Notes: generated from the sequence alone by a model not told the origin. Shown: positions 1 to 15,114, counted from the first letter of the stretch. The stretch is 15,169 nucleotides of DNA from Chlamydiota bacterium (GCA_037133055.1 JBAXOY010000077.1:1-15169), one strand, 5' to 3'. Translations and numbers: made by a program.

Positions 1-55
1 CGATCGTCCCCACGTTCACGTGCGGCTTCGTCCGCTCGAATTTGTCCTTGCCCAT
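1..55 (-). CDS. tuf: Elongation factor Tu, 5' end only (runs off the window; copy downstream of fusA)
   Basis: Manual translation from ATG at 55 gives MGKDKFERTKPHVNVGTI, the canonical EF-Tu N-terminus; SD-like GAAGGGGG upstream; directly follows fusA as in the str operon. Confidence 0.96.
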   Translation of the reverse strand, partial: MGKDKFERTKPHVNVGTI

Positions 56-73
56 GTCTGTCCCCCTTCACAC

Positions 74-2152
74 CTACGCTTTTTTAGTCCAGTCGAGCAG
101 CTGCTCTTCCTTCTGCTTCGGCACCTTCTCGAAGCAGGCGGGCTCCATCGAGTACGAGGCCCGCCCGCGCGAGAGCGAGCGCATCGCGGTGGCGTAGCCG
201 AACATCTCGGCGAGCGGCACGGAGGCCCGCACGATGTGCGAGTCAGGCCGCGATTCCATCTCCCGCACCTTCCCGCGGCGCGCGTTCAGGTCGCCGATGA
301 CGTCCCCCAGGAACTCGGCGGGGGTCGTGACCTCCACATCCATGATCGGCTCGAGCAGCACGGGGTTCCCGCGGCGCATCGCGTCCTTGATGGCCATGGA
401 GCCGGCGACCTTGAACGCCATGTCGGAAGAGTCCACCTCGTGATAGGAGCCGTCCGTGATGACGACCTTCATGTCCACCATCGAATAGCCGCCGAGGGGG
501 CCGGAGGTGCAGCACTCCTCGATCCCCTGAGTGGCCGCCCGGACGTACTCCCGCGGCACGGCGCCGCCCTTGATCTCGTTCTCGATGACGATCCCCGACC
601 CCTTCTCCCCCGGGGCGGCCTCGAGGACGATGTGCCCGTACTGGCCGTGGCCGCCGGTCTGGCGGATGAACTTGCCCTCGCCGGCGCAGGGCTTTGTGAT
701 CGTCTCACGGTACGCGACCTCGGGCTTCCCGACCTTCGCGACCACCTTGAACTCCCTGAGCATCCGGTCCTTGATGATGTCGAGGTGGAGCTCCCCCATC
801 CCCGAGATGATGAGCTGGCCGGTCTCCTCGTTCGTCTTCGTCTTGAAGGTCGGGTCCTCCTCGGAGAGGCGCCGGAGCGACTCCCCGAGCTTCTCCCTGT
901 CCGCCTTCGTGCTCGGCTCGATCGCCATCGAGATCACCGGCTCCGGGAAGTGCATCGACTCGAGCACGATCGGGTGCCGCTCGTCGCAGAGCGTCTGCCC
1001 GGTGACGGTGCGCCCGAGCCCCACCGCGGCGACGATCTCTCCGGCGGAGGCCTCGTCGACCTCCTCCCTGCGGTTCGCGTGCATGAGGAGGAGCCTCCCG
1101 ATACGCTCGCGCTTCATCACGGTCGCGTTGTAGACCTGCGCGCCCTTTTTCAGCACCCCGGAATAGACCCTGAGGTAGACCAGTTTCCCCACAAAGTCGT
1201 CCGACATCACCTTGAAGGCGAGCGCGCAGAGCGGCTGGGCCGGATCGGCCCGGCGCTCGGAGGGCTCGTTGTTCTTCGGGTTCACCCCGATCATCGGGCG
1301 CGCGTCGAGCGGCGAGGGGAGGTAGTCCACCACCGCGTCGAGGAGCTGCTGCACCCCCTTGTTCTTCAGCGCCGTGCCGCAGAGCACGGGGACGATCCGG
1401 TTGCGGATCGCGCTGCGGCGGAGCGCCGCCTTCACCTCGGTCTCCGGGAACCCCTTGCCCGCCAGGTAGATCTCGAAAAACCGCTCGTCCTCGCCCGCGA
1501 TCGCCTCCATCAGCCGGTCCCTGGCCTTCCGGGCCTTGTCGGCGAGCGCCTCCGGAATCTCCTCCTCGCGGAAGCCAACGTCGGGGTCCTCGCCGAAGAT
1601 GTACGCCTTCATCCGCACCAGGTCCACGACGCCCCTGAACTCCGCCTCGAACCCGATCGGCATCTGCACCGGGACGGCGTTCGCGGCGAGGCGCTCGCGC
1701 ATCCGCGCCACCGCCCACTCGAAGTTCGACCCGACCCGGTCGAGCTTGTTCACGAAGGCGAGGCGCGGTATGCCGTAGCGATTCGCCTGCCGCCAGACCG
1801 TCTCCGACTGGGGCTCGACCCCCTCGACGCCGCAGAAGACCGCGACCGCGCCGTCGAGCACCCTCAGGCTCCGCTCCACCTCGACGGTGAAGTCGACGTG
1901 CCCGGGCGTGTCGATGATGTTCACGCGGTGGTCGCTCCAGGAACAGGTGGTCGCGGCCGAGGTGATGGTGATCCCGCGCTCCTGCTCCTGGACCATCCAG
2001 TCCATGGTCGCGGTTCCCTCGTCGACCTCGCCGATCCGGTAGGTCTTCCCCGTGTAGAAGAGGATCCGCTCCGTCACCGTGGTCTTCCCGGCATCGATAT
2101 GCGCCATGATCCCTATGTTCCTGACCCTTTCAAGGGGCACTTGCAATGACAT
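74..2152 (-). CDS. fusA: Elongation factor G (692 aa from ATG 2152; ORF open to ATG 2215)
   Basis: [15 protein letters not shown] (G1), [10 protein letters not shown] (G2), DTPGHVDF (G3), NKLD (G4), [15 protein letters not shown]; position after rpsG; GAGG upstream of ATG 2152. Confidence 0.98.
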   Translation of the reverse strand: MSLQVPLERVRNIGIMAHIDAGKTTVTERILFYTGKTYRIGEVDEGTATMDWMVQEQERGITITSAATTCSWSDHRVNIIDTPGHVDFTVEVERSLRVLDGAVAVFCGVEGVEPQSETVWRQANRYGIPRLAFVNKLDRVGSNFEWAVARMRERLAANAVPVQMPIGFEAEFRGVVDLVRMKAYIFGEDPDVGFREEEIPEALADKARKARDRLMEAIAGEDERFFEIYLAGKGFPETEVKAALRRSAIRNRIVPVLCGTALKNKGVQQLLDAVVDYLPSPLDARPMIGVNPKNNEPSERRADPAQPLCALAFKVMSDDFVGKLVYLRVYSGVLKKGAQVYNATVMKRERIGRLLLMHANRREEVDEASAGEIVAAVGLGRTVTGQTLCDERHPIVLESMHFPEPVISMAIEPSTKADREKLGESLRRLSEEDPTFKTKTNEETGQLIISGMGELHLDIIKDRMLREFKVVAKVGKPEVAYRETITKPCAGEGKFIRQTGGHGQYGHIVLEAAPGEKGSGIVIENEIKGGAVPREYVRAATQGIEECCTSGPLGGYSMVDMKVVITDGSYHEVDSSDMAFKVAGSMAIKDAMRRGNPVLLEPIMDVEVTTPAEFLGDVIGDLNARRGKVREMESRPDSHIVRASVPLAEMFGYATAMRSLSRGRASYSMEPACFEKVPKQKEEQLLDWTKKA

Positions 2153-2161
2153 GCTGTCGCG

Positions 2162-2215
2162 ATGCCTCGAAACGACCGTGCCGTGCGACGCGTGCGAAAC
2201 GGTGTCGAGAAGCAT
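2162..2215 (-). promoter_or_regulatory. Stem-loop in rpsG-fusA spacer that pairs the putative fusA SD
   Basis: ATGCCTCGA (2162-2170) is complementary to TCGAGaaGCAT (2205-2215, 2-nt bulge); inner stem ACCGT (2175-2179) / ACGGT (2199-2203). Confidence 0.5.
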
Positions 2216-2230
2216 TCCCGTCCTTCCGTG

Positions 2231-2704
2231 TTACCACCGATAGTGCGCGAAGGCCTTGTTCGCGTCGGCCATCTTGTGCGTGTCCTCGCGCTTCTTGACC
2301 GCCGCCCCCTCGCCCTTGTAGGCGTCGAGAAGCTCCGCCGCGAGCCGCTCCTGCATCGGCTTGCCCTTGCGCGCGCGGGCGAAGCCGATGATCCACCGGA
2401 GCGCCAGGGCGAGCTGGCGGTCCGACCGCACCTCGACCGGCACCTGGTACGTCGCGCCGCCGACCCTCCGCGACTTAACCTCGAGGAACGGCTTCACCCT
2501 GTCGATCGCCTTCTCGACGATCTTGATCGGCGGGGCGTCCTGCACCCGCTGGCCGATGAGATCGAGGGTCGAATAGAAGATGCCCTCGGCGATGCTCTTC
2601 TTCCCGTCCCGCATCAGACTGGTGATGAACCTGGCCACCAGGGGGCTTCCGAATTTCACGTCAACCAGCATCCTCTTCTTGATGACCCTGCGGCGTCTCG
2701 ACAT
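2231..2704 (-). CDS. rpsG: 30S ribosomal protein S7 (157 aa)
   Basis: MSRRR start, [26 protein letters not shown]-terminal [17 protein letters not shown] upstream of ATG 2704. Confidence 0.98.
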   Translation of the reverse strand: MSRRRRVIKKRMLVDVKFGSPLVARFITSLMRDGKKSIAEGIFYSTLDLIGQRVQDAPPIKIVEKAIDRVKPFLEVKSRRVGGATYQVPVEVRSDRQLALALRWIIGFARARKGKPMQERLAAELLDAYKGEGAAVKKREDTHKMADANKAFAHYRW

Positions 2705-2739
2705 TTTGACCTCTATTTCCCGTCCCGCGTCCTTTGTTA

Positions 2740-2794
2740 GCTTCAAGTTGTAAGCTCTAAGCTTTAAGCTTACAGCTTACGGCTTACAGCTTAC
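2740..2794. repeat. Palindromic 7-bp tandem repeat array (GCTGTAA family) in rpsL-rpsG spacer
   Basis: gcttcaa|gttgtaa|gctctaa|gctttaa|gc|ttacagc|ttacggc|ttacagc|ttac: 4 direct plus 3.5 inverted units around TAAGCTTA (2765-2772). Confidence 0.93.
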
Positions 2795-3162
2795 TTCGGC
2801 GTCTTCGCCCCGTACTTCGAACGGCTCTGCTTGCGCCCCTCGACCCCGCTCGTGTCCAGGTTGCCCCGGATGATGTGGTACCGCACCCCGGGCAGGTCCT
2901 TGACCCTCCCGCCGCGGATCATCACGATCGAGTGTTCCTGAAGGTTGTGCCCCTCGCCCGGTATGTAGGCGGTCACCTCCATGCCGTTCGTGAGCCGCAC
3001 CCTGGCAACCTTCCGTAGCGCCGAGTTCGGCTTCTTGGGCGTCATCGTCTTCACCAGGAGGCAGACCCCCCTGCGCTGGGGGCACTTCTGGAGGGCGGGC
3101 GCCTTCGTCCTGTTCTTCGGCTTCCGCCTCCCCTTTCTCACGAGCTGATTGATCGTCGGCAT
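2791..3162 (-). CDS. rpsL: 30S ribosomal protein S12 (123 aa)
   Basis: [58 protein letters not shown]. Confidence 0.99.
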   Translation of the reverse strand: MPTINQLVRKGRRKPKNRTKAPALQKCPQRRGVCLLVKTMTPKKPNSALRKVARVRLTNGMEVTAYIPGEGHNLQEHSIVMIRGGRVKDLPGVRYHIIRGNLDTSGVEGRKQSRSKYGAKTPK

Positions 3163-3199
3163 TTCTCCTGCTCCTCGCGTTATTTTGTCGTGCGGATGA

Positions 3200-7466
<4,267 letters not shown>

Positions 7467-7474
<8 letters not shown>

Positions 7475-7537
7475 GGTGATTCTCCCATTTCCCTTCCTGC
7501 GCCTCTTCCACGTACGGCTTAGAGCTTACCGCTGTCT

Positions 7538-7541
<4 letters not shown>
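7467..7541 (-). other. Candidate 24-aa mini-ORF bridging the rpoB stop and rpoC start ([24 protein letters not shown])
   Basis: ATG overlaps the rpoB TGA (ATGA, 7541-7538); its TGA (7469-7467) lies just inside rpoC (TTGACTGA). Translation not demonstrated. Confidence 0.35.
7512..7532. repeat. Three degenerate 7-bp units of the TTACAGC/GCTGTAA family in rpoB-rpoC spacer
   Basis: gtacggc|ttagagc|ttaccgc; ttagagc is the exact reverse complement of unit gctctaa found in the two larger arrays. Confidence 0.7.
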
Positions 7542-11335
<3,794 letters not shown>

Positions 11336-11350
11336 GGGTCCCCTCTTGGG

Positions 11351-11378
11351 AATGACCAATGACAAAATCCAAATGACA
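11351..11378. repeat. 7-bp tandem repeats (AATGACA family) just upstream of the rpoB RBS
   Basis: aatgacc|aatgaca|aaatcca|aatgaca; AT-rich island in GC-rich context. Confidence 0.8.
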
Positions 11379-11386
11379 ACACTCGA

Positions 11387-11403
11387 CGGCCCGGCACGGG
11401 CCG
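11387..11403 (-). other. GC-rich hairpin in rplL-rpoB spacer
   Basis: CGGCCCG-gca-CGGGCCG perfect 7-bp inverted repeat; no immediate U-tract. Confidence 0.55.
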
Positions 11404-11429
11404 CCGCGTCATCCCGCATCCTTCGCTCG

Positions 11430-11915
11430 TTATTTGATCTCCACGGTGCCGCCGGCCGCGACGATCTTCTTCCTGATCTCCTCGGCCTCTTCCTTGGTGA
11501 CGTTCTCCTTCACCGGCTTCGGGGCGCCCTCGACGAGGTCCTTGGCCTCCTTCAGGCCGAGGCTCGTGATCGCGCGCACCTCTTTGATCACCTGGATCTT
11601 CTTGTCGCCGAACCCGGTCAGGATCACGCTAAAGGTGGTCTTCTCCTCCTTCTGCGCCGCGGGGGCCGCGGCGGCGGCTGCCGCGACGGGCGCGGCGGCG
11701 GTGACCCCGAACTCCTCTTCCATCGACTTCACCCACTCCGAGAGCTCGAGGACCGTGAGTCCCTTCACCATCTCGAGCCCGAGCGCCTTCCGCTCCTCGG
11801 GCTTCAGTTCGCCGATCTTCCTGAGGATCGCCCTGAGCTCCGCCGACAGCTCGGCGGCCGCGCCCTCGACCTGCTTCGCCTCTGCCTTCTCCACCTTCTT
11901 TGTCTCCTCGGTCAT
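11430..11915 (-). CDS. rplL: 50S ribosomal protein L7/L12, N-terminally extended (161 aa)
   Basis: [19 protein letters not shown], Ala-rich hinge, [24 protein letters not shown]; strong SD AAGGAGGAGG before ATG 11915. Confidence 0.98.
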   Translation of the reverse strand: MTEETKKVEKAEAKQVEGAAAELSAELRAILRKIGELKPEERKALGLEMVKGLTVLELSEWVKSMEEEFGVTAAAPVAAAAAAAPAAQKEEKTTFSVILTGFGDKKIQVIKEVRAITSLGLKEAKDLVEGAPKPVKENVTKEEAEEIRKKIVAAGGTVEIK

Positions 11916-11928
11916 CGCTGCCTCCTCC

Positions 11929-11957
11929 TTCACGAGCGGCCGATCGCCGGTCGTGAA
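11929..11957 (-). promoter_or_regulatory. Hairpin abutting the rplL SD in the rplJ-rplL spacer
   Basis: TTCACGA (11929-11935) ... TCGTGAA (11951-11957) perfect arms with further imperfect inner pairing. Confidence 0.55.
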
Positions 11958-11977
11958 CTCTGTGGGGTTGTTATCAT
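11930..11977 (-). other. Candidate 15-aa mini-ORF bridging rplJ and rplL ([15 protein letters not shown])
   Basis: ATG overlaps the rplJ TGA (ATGA); its TGA overlaps a GTG (11933) in frame with rplL (GTGA). Translation not demonstrated. Confidence 0.3.
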
Positions 11978-12489
11978 GAAGCCCTTTTACGGGCGATCTG
12001 ATCCATCACGGACACGAACTGCCTGACGATCCCCGAGAGCCCGCACACGAAGCCGGTGATCGGGGCACGCATGCCGGCCAGGAATATCGCGACGAGCACC
12101 GGGCGCGGCGGGAGGGCGGCGAGCGCCCCCACCTGCGTCTCCGAGAGGACCGCCCCGTCCAGGAAGCCGGCCTTCACCCTCGGGGCCCGGTGCTTCTTGG
12201 CGAAGTCGACGATGATCTTCGAGAGCGCGGCGCAGTCCCCCGCCGTGACCGCGATGGCGGTCGGCCCCTCGAGCTGCCCCGCGAGGGCCCCCGCGGCGGC
12301 CGTGTCGAGCGCGCGCGTCAGGAGCCGGTTCTTGACGACCATGTACCGCGAGCCGCTCTTTTGAAGCTGGGCGCGCAGCTCGGTCATCGTGTTCGATGCC
12401 AGGCCGGTGTGATCGGTGAGGATGAGCATGGAGCTCCCCTCGATGGCCGTCCTGACCGCGCTGACGATGCTCTTCTTTTCCGTGCGCAT
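11974..12489 (-). CDS. rplJ: 50S ribosomal protein L10 (171 aa from ATG 12489)
   Basis: [50 protein letters not shown]; position between rplA and rplL. Confidence 0.95.
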   Translation of the reverse strand: MRTEKKSIVSAVRTAIEGSSMLILTDHTGLASNTMTELRAQLQKSGSRYMVVKNRLLTRALDTAAAGALAGQLEGPTAIAVTAGDCAALSKIIVDFAKKHRAPRVKAGFLDGAVLSETQVGALAALPPRPVLVAIFLAGMRAPITGFVCGLSGIVRQFVSVMDQIARKRAS

Positions 12490-12499
12490 GGGCTGAAAC

Positions 12500-12529
12500 C
12501 GTTTCTCGTTTCTCGTTGCTCGTTTCTCG
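12500..12529. repeat. 7-bp tandem repeats (CGTTTCT family) just upstream of rplJ
   Basis: cgtttct|cgtttct|cgttgct|cgtttct|cg. Confidence 0.9.
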
Positions 12530-12540
12530 GGAACCACAGC

Positions 12541-12563
12541 GCCGCGCCGGACGCCGACGCGGC
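12541..12563 (-). other. GC-rich hairpin immediately after the rplA stop
   Basis: mRNA GCCGCGUCGG-cgu-CCGGCGCGGC, 10-bp stem with one U-G pair; no U-tract. Confidence 0.65.
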
Positions 12564-13261
12564 TACACCGTCACGAACTCCTTCATGTCCACGGGAACGC
12601 CCGCTCCCATCGTGCTCGACAGAACGCACTTCTTCATATAGATGCCCTTGACCGAGGGGGGCTTCGCCTTGAGGAGGCCCTCGATGACGGCCCGGGCATT
12701 CTCCTCCAGCGCGCCCGCGGCGAACGACCGCTTGCCGATCGGCACCTGGATGTTCGCTCCCTTGTCGGTCCGGAACTCGATCCTCCCGGCCTTCAGCTCC
12801 TTGATCGTCTTGCCGATCTCGCGCGTGACCGTGCCGGTCTTCGGGCTCGGCATCAGGCCTCGCGGCCCCAATATCTTGCCGAGGCGCCCGACCTCCTTCA
12901 TCAGGTCGGGGGTCGTCACGGCCATGTCGAACTCCGACCACCCCTCGCTCACCTTCTTGATCAGGTCCTCGTAGCCGATGATGTCGGCGCCCGCCGCCTT
13001 CGCCTCGTCGGCCTGGCTTCCCTTCGCGAACACGGCGATGCGGACCTTCTTGCCGGTCCCGTGGGGGAGCGCCACCGTCCCCCGGACAAGCTGCTCGGTC
13101 TGCTTCGGGTCGATCCCCATAAAGAAGGCGAGCTCGACCGTTTCGTCGAACTTGGCCGGGGGCAGCTCCTTCAGCACCTTCAGCGCATCCGCGAGCGGAT
13201 ACAGCTTCCCCGCCTCCACCTGCTCCAATCCCTTCCGGTATCGCTTGCTCTTTTTTTTCAC
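12563..13261 (-). CDS. rplA: 50S ribosomal protein L1 (232 aa from GTG 13261; ORF open to GTG 13288)
   Basis: [52 protein letters not shown] 5 nt upstream of GTG 13261. Confidence 0.98.
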   Translation of the reverse strand: MKKKSKRYRKGLEQVEAGKLYPLADALKVLKELPPAKFDETVELAFFMGIDPKQTEQLVRGTVALPHGTGKKVRIAVFAKGSQADEAKAAGADIIGYEDLIKKVSEGWSEFDMAVTTPDLMKEVGRLGKILGPRGLMPSPKTGTVTREIGKTIKELKAGRIEFRTDKGANIQVPIGKRSFAAGALEENARAVIEGLLKAKPPSVKGIYMKKCVLSSTMGAGVPVDMKEFVTV

Positions 13262-13284
13262 CTCGACTCCTCGGGCTTCCGGGA

Positions 13285-13713
13285 TCACCCCTCGACGACC
13301 TCTATGCCCATGCTCCTGGCGGTTCCCTCGATTATCCTCGCGGCGGCATCCTCGCTCCCGGAGGTGAGGTCCGCGGCCTTTAGACGCGCGATCTCCCGGA
13401 CCTGGCTTCTCGTCACGGCGCCGACCTTGTCCTTGCCCGCCGTCCCGGAGCCCACCGCGATGTTGGCGGCCTTCTTCAAAAGCACGGCCGCGGGCGGCGA
13501 CTTCAATACGAACGTGAATGAGCGGTCCTTGTACACCGTGATGAGCACCGGAATCACCAGGCCGCCCTTGTCTTTCGTGGCGGCGTTGAACTGCTTGCAG
13601 AACTCCATGATGTTGACGCCGTGCTGGCCCAGCGCGGGCCCCACGGGCGGCGCGGGATTCGCCTGCCCGGCCGGTATCTGCAGCTTGATGAGTGCGCCTA
13701 TTTCCTTCGCCAT
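13285..13713 (-). CDS. rplK: 50S ribosomal protein L11 (142 aa)
   Basis: [53 protein letters not shown]. Confidence 0.99.
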   Translation of the reverse strand: MAKEIGALIKLQIPAGQANPAPPVGPALGQHGVNIMEFCKQFNAATKDKGGLVIPVLITVYKDRSFTFVLKSPPAAVLLKKAANIAVGSGTAGKDKVGAVTRSQVREIARLKAADLTSGSEDAAARIIEGTARSMGIEVVEG

Positions 13714-13730
13714 ATCCGCCTCTTTGTTCA

Positions 13731-13837
13731 GCTCTAAGCTGTAAGTTATAAGCTCTAAGCTGTAAGTTATAAGCTGTAAGCTGTAAGTTATAAGCTGTAA
13801 GCTTAAAGCTTACGGCTTAAAGCTTACGGCTTAAAAC
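13731..13837. repeat. Large palindromic 7-bp tandem repeat array (GCTGTAA family) in nusG-rplK spacer
   Basis: 10 direct units (gctctaa/gctgtaa/gttataa, 21-bp higher-order period) at 13731-13800, centre TAAGCTTA, then 5 inverted units (ttaaagc/ttacggc, 14-bp period) at 13803-13837. Confidence 0.96.
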
Positions 13838-13855
13838 GCACGGCTCATAGCGTGC

Positions 13856-14428
13856 TCACGCCTTCCCGACTTGCCAGTACTCCAGCTCGACCGGGGTGGA
13901 CCTCCCGAAGATCGTCACGAGCACCTTCAGCTTGCCGCGGTCCGGGTTGATCTCGTCGATGGTGCCGTTGAAATTGATGAACGGCCCTTCCGTCACCTTC
14001 ACCGTCTCGCCGATGTCGAAGAGCGTCTTCGGCTTCACCTTCTCGCGCTTCAGCTCGATCTGCGAGAGCACGTCCTTCACCTCGTGCTCCTGCAGGGGTA
14101 TCGGCGCCCCCGAGCCGATGAACCCGATGACGCCCGGCGTCTGCCGCACGAGGTAGTAGGTCTCGTCCGTCCGCACCATCTCGATCATCAGGTAGCCGGG
14201 AAAGAACTTCCGGGCGCTGATGGTCTTCTTTCCGGCCTTGACCTCGGCGACCTTCTCGGACGGGATCAGCACCTGGAAGATGAGCCCCTCCATCTCGTGG
14301 CTCTTGACCCTGCTCTCCAGCATCTCCTTGACCTTGTACTCCTGGCCCGAGAGGGTGTGCACGACGTACCACTTCCTGTCCTGCCCGCCCGCGTCTTTCT
14401 GCTCGACACCCTGTTCGTTCACGATCAC
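13856..14428 (-). CDS. nusG: Transcription termination/antitermination factor NusG (start uncertain: GTG 14428, 14422 or 14473)
   Basis: KWYVVHTLSGQE, KFFPGYL, VRQTPGVIGFIG, KOW motif GETVKVTEGPF, VTIFGRSTPVEL; GGGAG 8 nt upstream of GTG 14428. Confidence 0.97.
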   Translation of the reverse strand: MIVNEQGVEQKDAGGQDRKWYVVHTLSGQEYKVKEMLESRVKSHEMEGLIFQVLIPSEKVAEVKAGKKTISARKFFPGYLMIEMVRTDETYYLVRQTPGVIGFIGSGAPIPLQEHEVKDVLSQIELKREKVKPKTLFDIGETVKVTEGPFINFNGTIDEINPDRGKLKVLVTIFGRSTPVELEYWQVGKA

Positions 14429-14469
14429 CTGTTTCACTCCCGCGTTCGCCGGACATTCACGACCCGGGC

Positions 14470-14688
14470 TCACCCGATCAGCAGCCCCATGAGGCTGGAG
14501 AGCACCACGTCCACGAGGCCGATGTACGCGGCCAGCGCGATCGTGGACACGATCACCATCGTGGTGGAGTCGATGAGCTCCCGGTACCGCTCGGCGGGCT
14601 TCAGGTCCTTGCCCCGCTTGATCGGCCACGAGACCTTGTTCATCTCCGCCGCGACTTCGACGATAAATGTCTTGATCTTTTGAAACAT
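14470..14688 (-). CDS. secE: Preprotein translocase subunit SecE (72 aa, single TM)
   Basis: EMNKVSWP motif, ELIDSTTMV, hydrophobic C-terminal helix with VD; GAGGGG SD; position between tRNA-Trp and nusG. Confidence 0.95.
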   Translation of the reverse strand: MFQKIKTFIVEVAAEMNKVSWPIKRGKDLKPAERYRELIDSTTMVIVSTIALAAYIGLVDVVLSSLMGLLIG

Positions 14689-14745
14689 ACGCCACCCCTC
14701 GTGCATGTCCCGGAGGGATACGAACGATGAACTTCGACCGGCCGT

Positions 14746-14763
14746 CCGCGGAACGCTCCGCGG
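14746..14763 (-). other. GC hairpin just 3' of tRNA-Trp
   Basis: CCGCGGA-acgc-TCCGCGG perfect 7-bp inverted repeat. Confidence 0.55.
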
Positions 14764-14773
14764 CGCCGTACAG

Positions 14774-14850
14774 TGGCAGGCGGGACAGGAATCGAACCTG
14801 CAGCCGCCGGTTTTGGAGACCGGTGCTCTCCCTAGTTGAGCTACCCGCCT
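14774..14850 (-). tRNA. trnW: tRNA-Trp (anticodon CCA), 77 nt with encoded 3' CCA
   Basis: AGGCGGG/CCCGCCT acceptor stem, GCTC/GAGC D-stem, CCGGT-CTCCAAA-ACCGG anticodon arm, GCAGG-TTCGATT-CCTGT T-arm, G discriminator + CCA. Confidence 0.98.
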
Positions 14851-14861
14851 TCACGATGTGC

Positions 14862-14895
14862 CGGGCGTACGGTCGTCACCGCATCCGTGCGCCCG
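14862..14895 (-). other. Hairpin between rpmG and tRNA-Trp
   Basis: CGGGCGTACGG (14862-14872) / CCGTGCGCCCG (14885-14895): 11-bp arms with one mismatch. Confidence 0.55.
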
Positions 14896-14909
14896 CGACA
14901 GGGGCGTTG

Positions 14910-15059
14910 CTATTTCGTCTCCTTGTGCAACGTGTGCTTCCGGTCAAACCTGCAATATTTTTTCAGTTCGATGCGCTCGGGGTGTTTTTTCTTGTCCTTC
15001 GTGGAGGTATAGTTCCTCCGCTTGCACCCCTGACACGCGAGCGTGATAATCTCTCTCAT
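14910..15059 (-). CDS. rpmG: 50S ribosomal protein L33 (49 aa; not in the ORF track)
   Basis: Manual translation [49 protein letters not shown]; typical L33 motifs; GGGAAGAG upstream; tuf-rpmG-trnW-secE context. Confidence 0.97.
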   Translation of the reverse strand: MREIITLACQGCKRRNYTSTKDKKKHPERIELKKYCRFDRKHTLHKETK

Positions 15060-15074
15060 GTGACTCTTCCCTGT

Positions 15075-15101
15075 CATAGGTCCCACGGGACCTGTAGGAC
15101 C
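15075..15101. repeat. Three degenerate 9-bp units with internal palindrome in tuf-rpmG spacer
   Basis: cataggtcc|cacgggacc|tgtaggacc; AGGTCCC-ac-GGGACCT inverted repeat. Confidence 0.55.
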
Positions 15102-15114
15102 TCTGCACTGCCTT

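Noticed and set aside
13250..13261. A8 run / A-AAA-AAG slippery motif at the rplA start
   Set aside because: Explained by N-terminal Lys codons and normal A-richness after start codons; the gene is intact and no alternative product is evident.
13731..13837. Repeat array as a CRISPR
   Set aside because: Contiguous 7-bp units without unique spacers; no cas genes in the window.
14719..14739. Weak 7-bp periodicity (tacgaac-gatgaac-ttcgacc) between tRNA-Trp and secE
   Set aside because: Too degenerate to distinguish from chance without genome-wide support.
14474..14854. 332-aa N-terminally extended NusG from the ORF track
   Set aside because: The extension overlaps tRNA-Trp and secE; NusG homology starts near 14390-14428.
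11387..14895. Spacer GC hairpins as intrinsic terminators
   Set aside because: None is followed directly by a U-tract on the coding strand, so they are listed only as hairpins.
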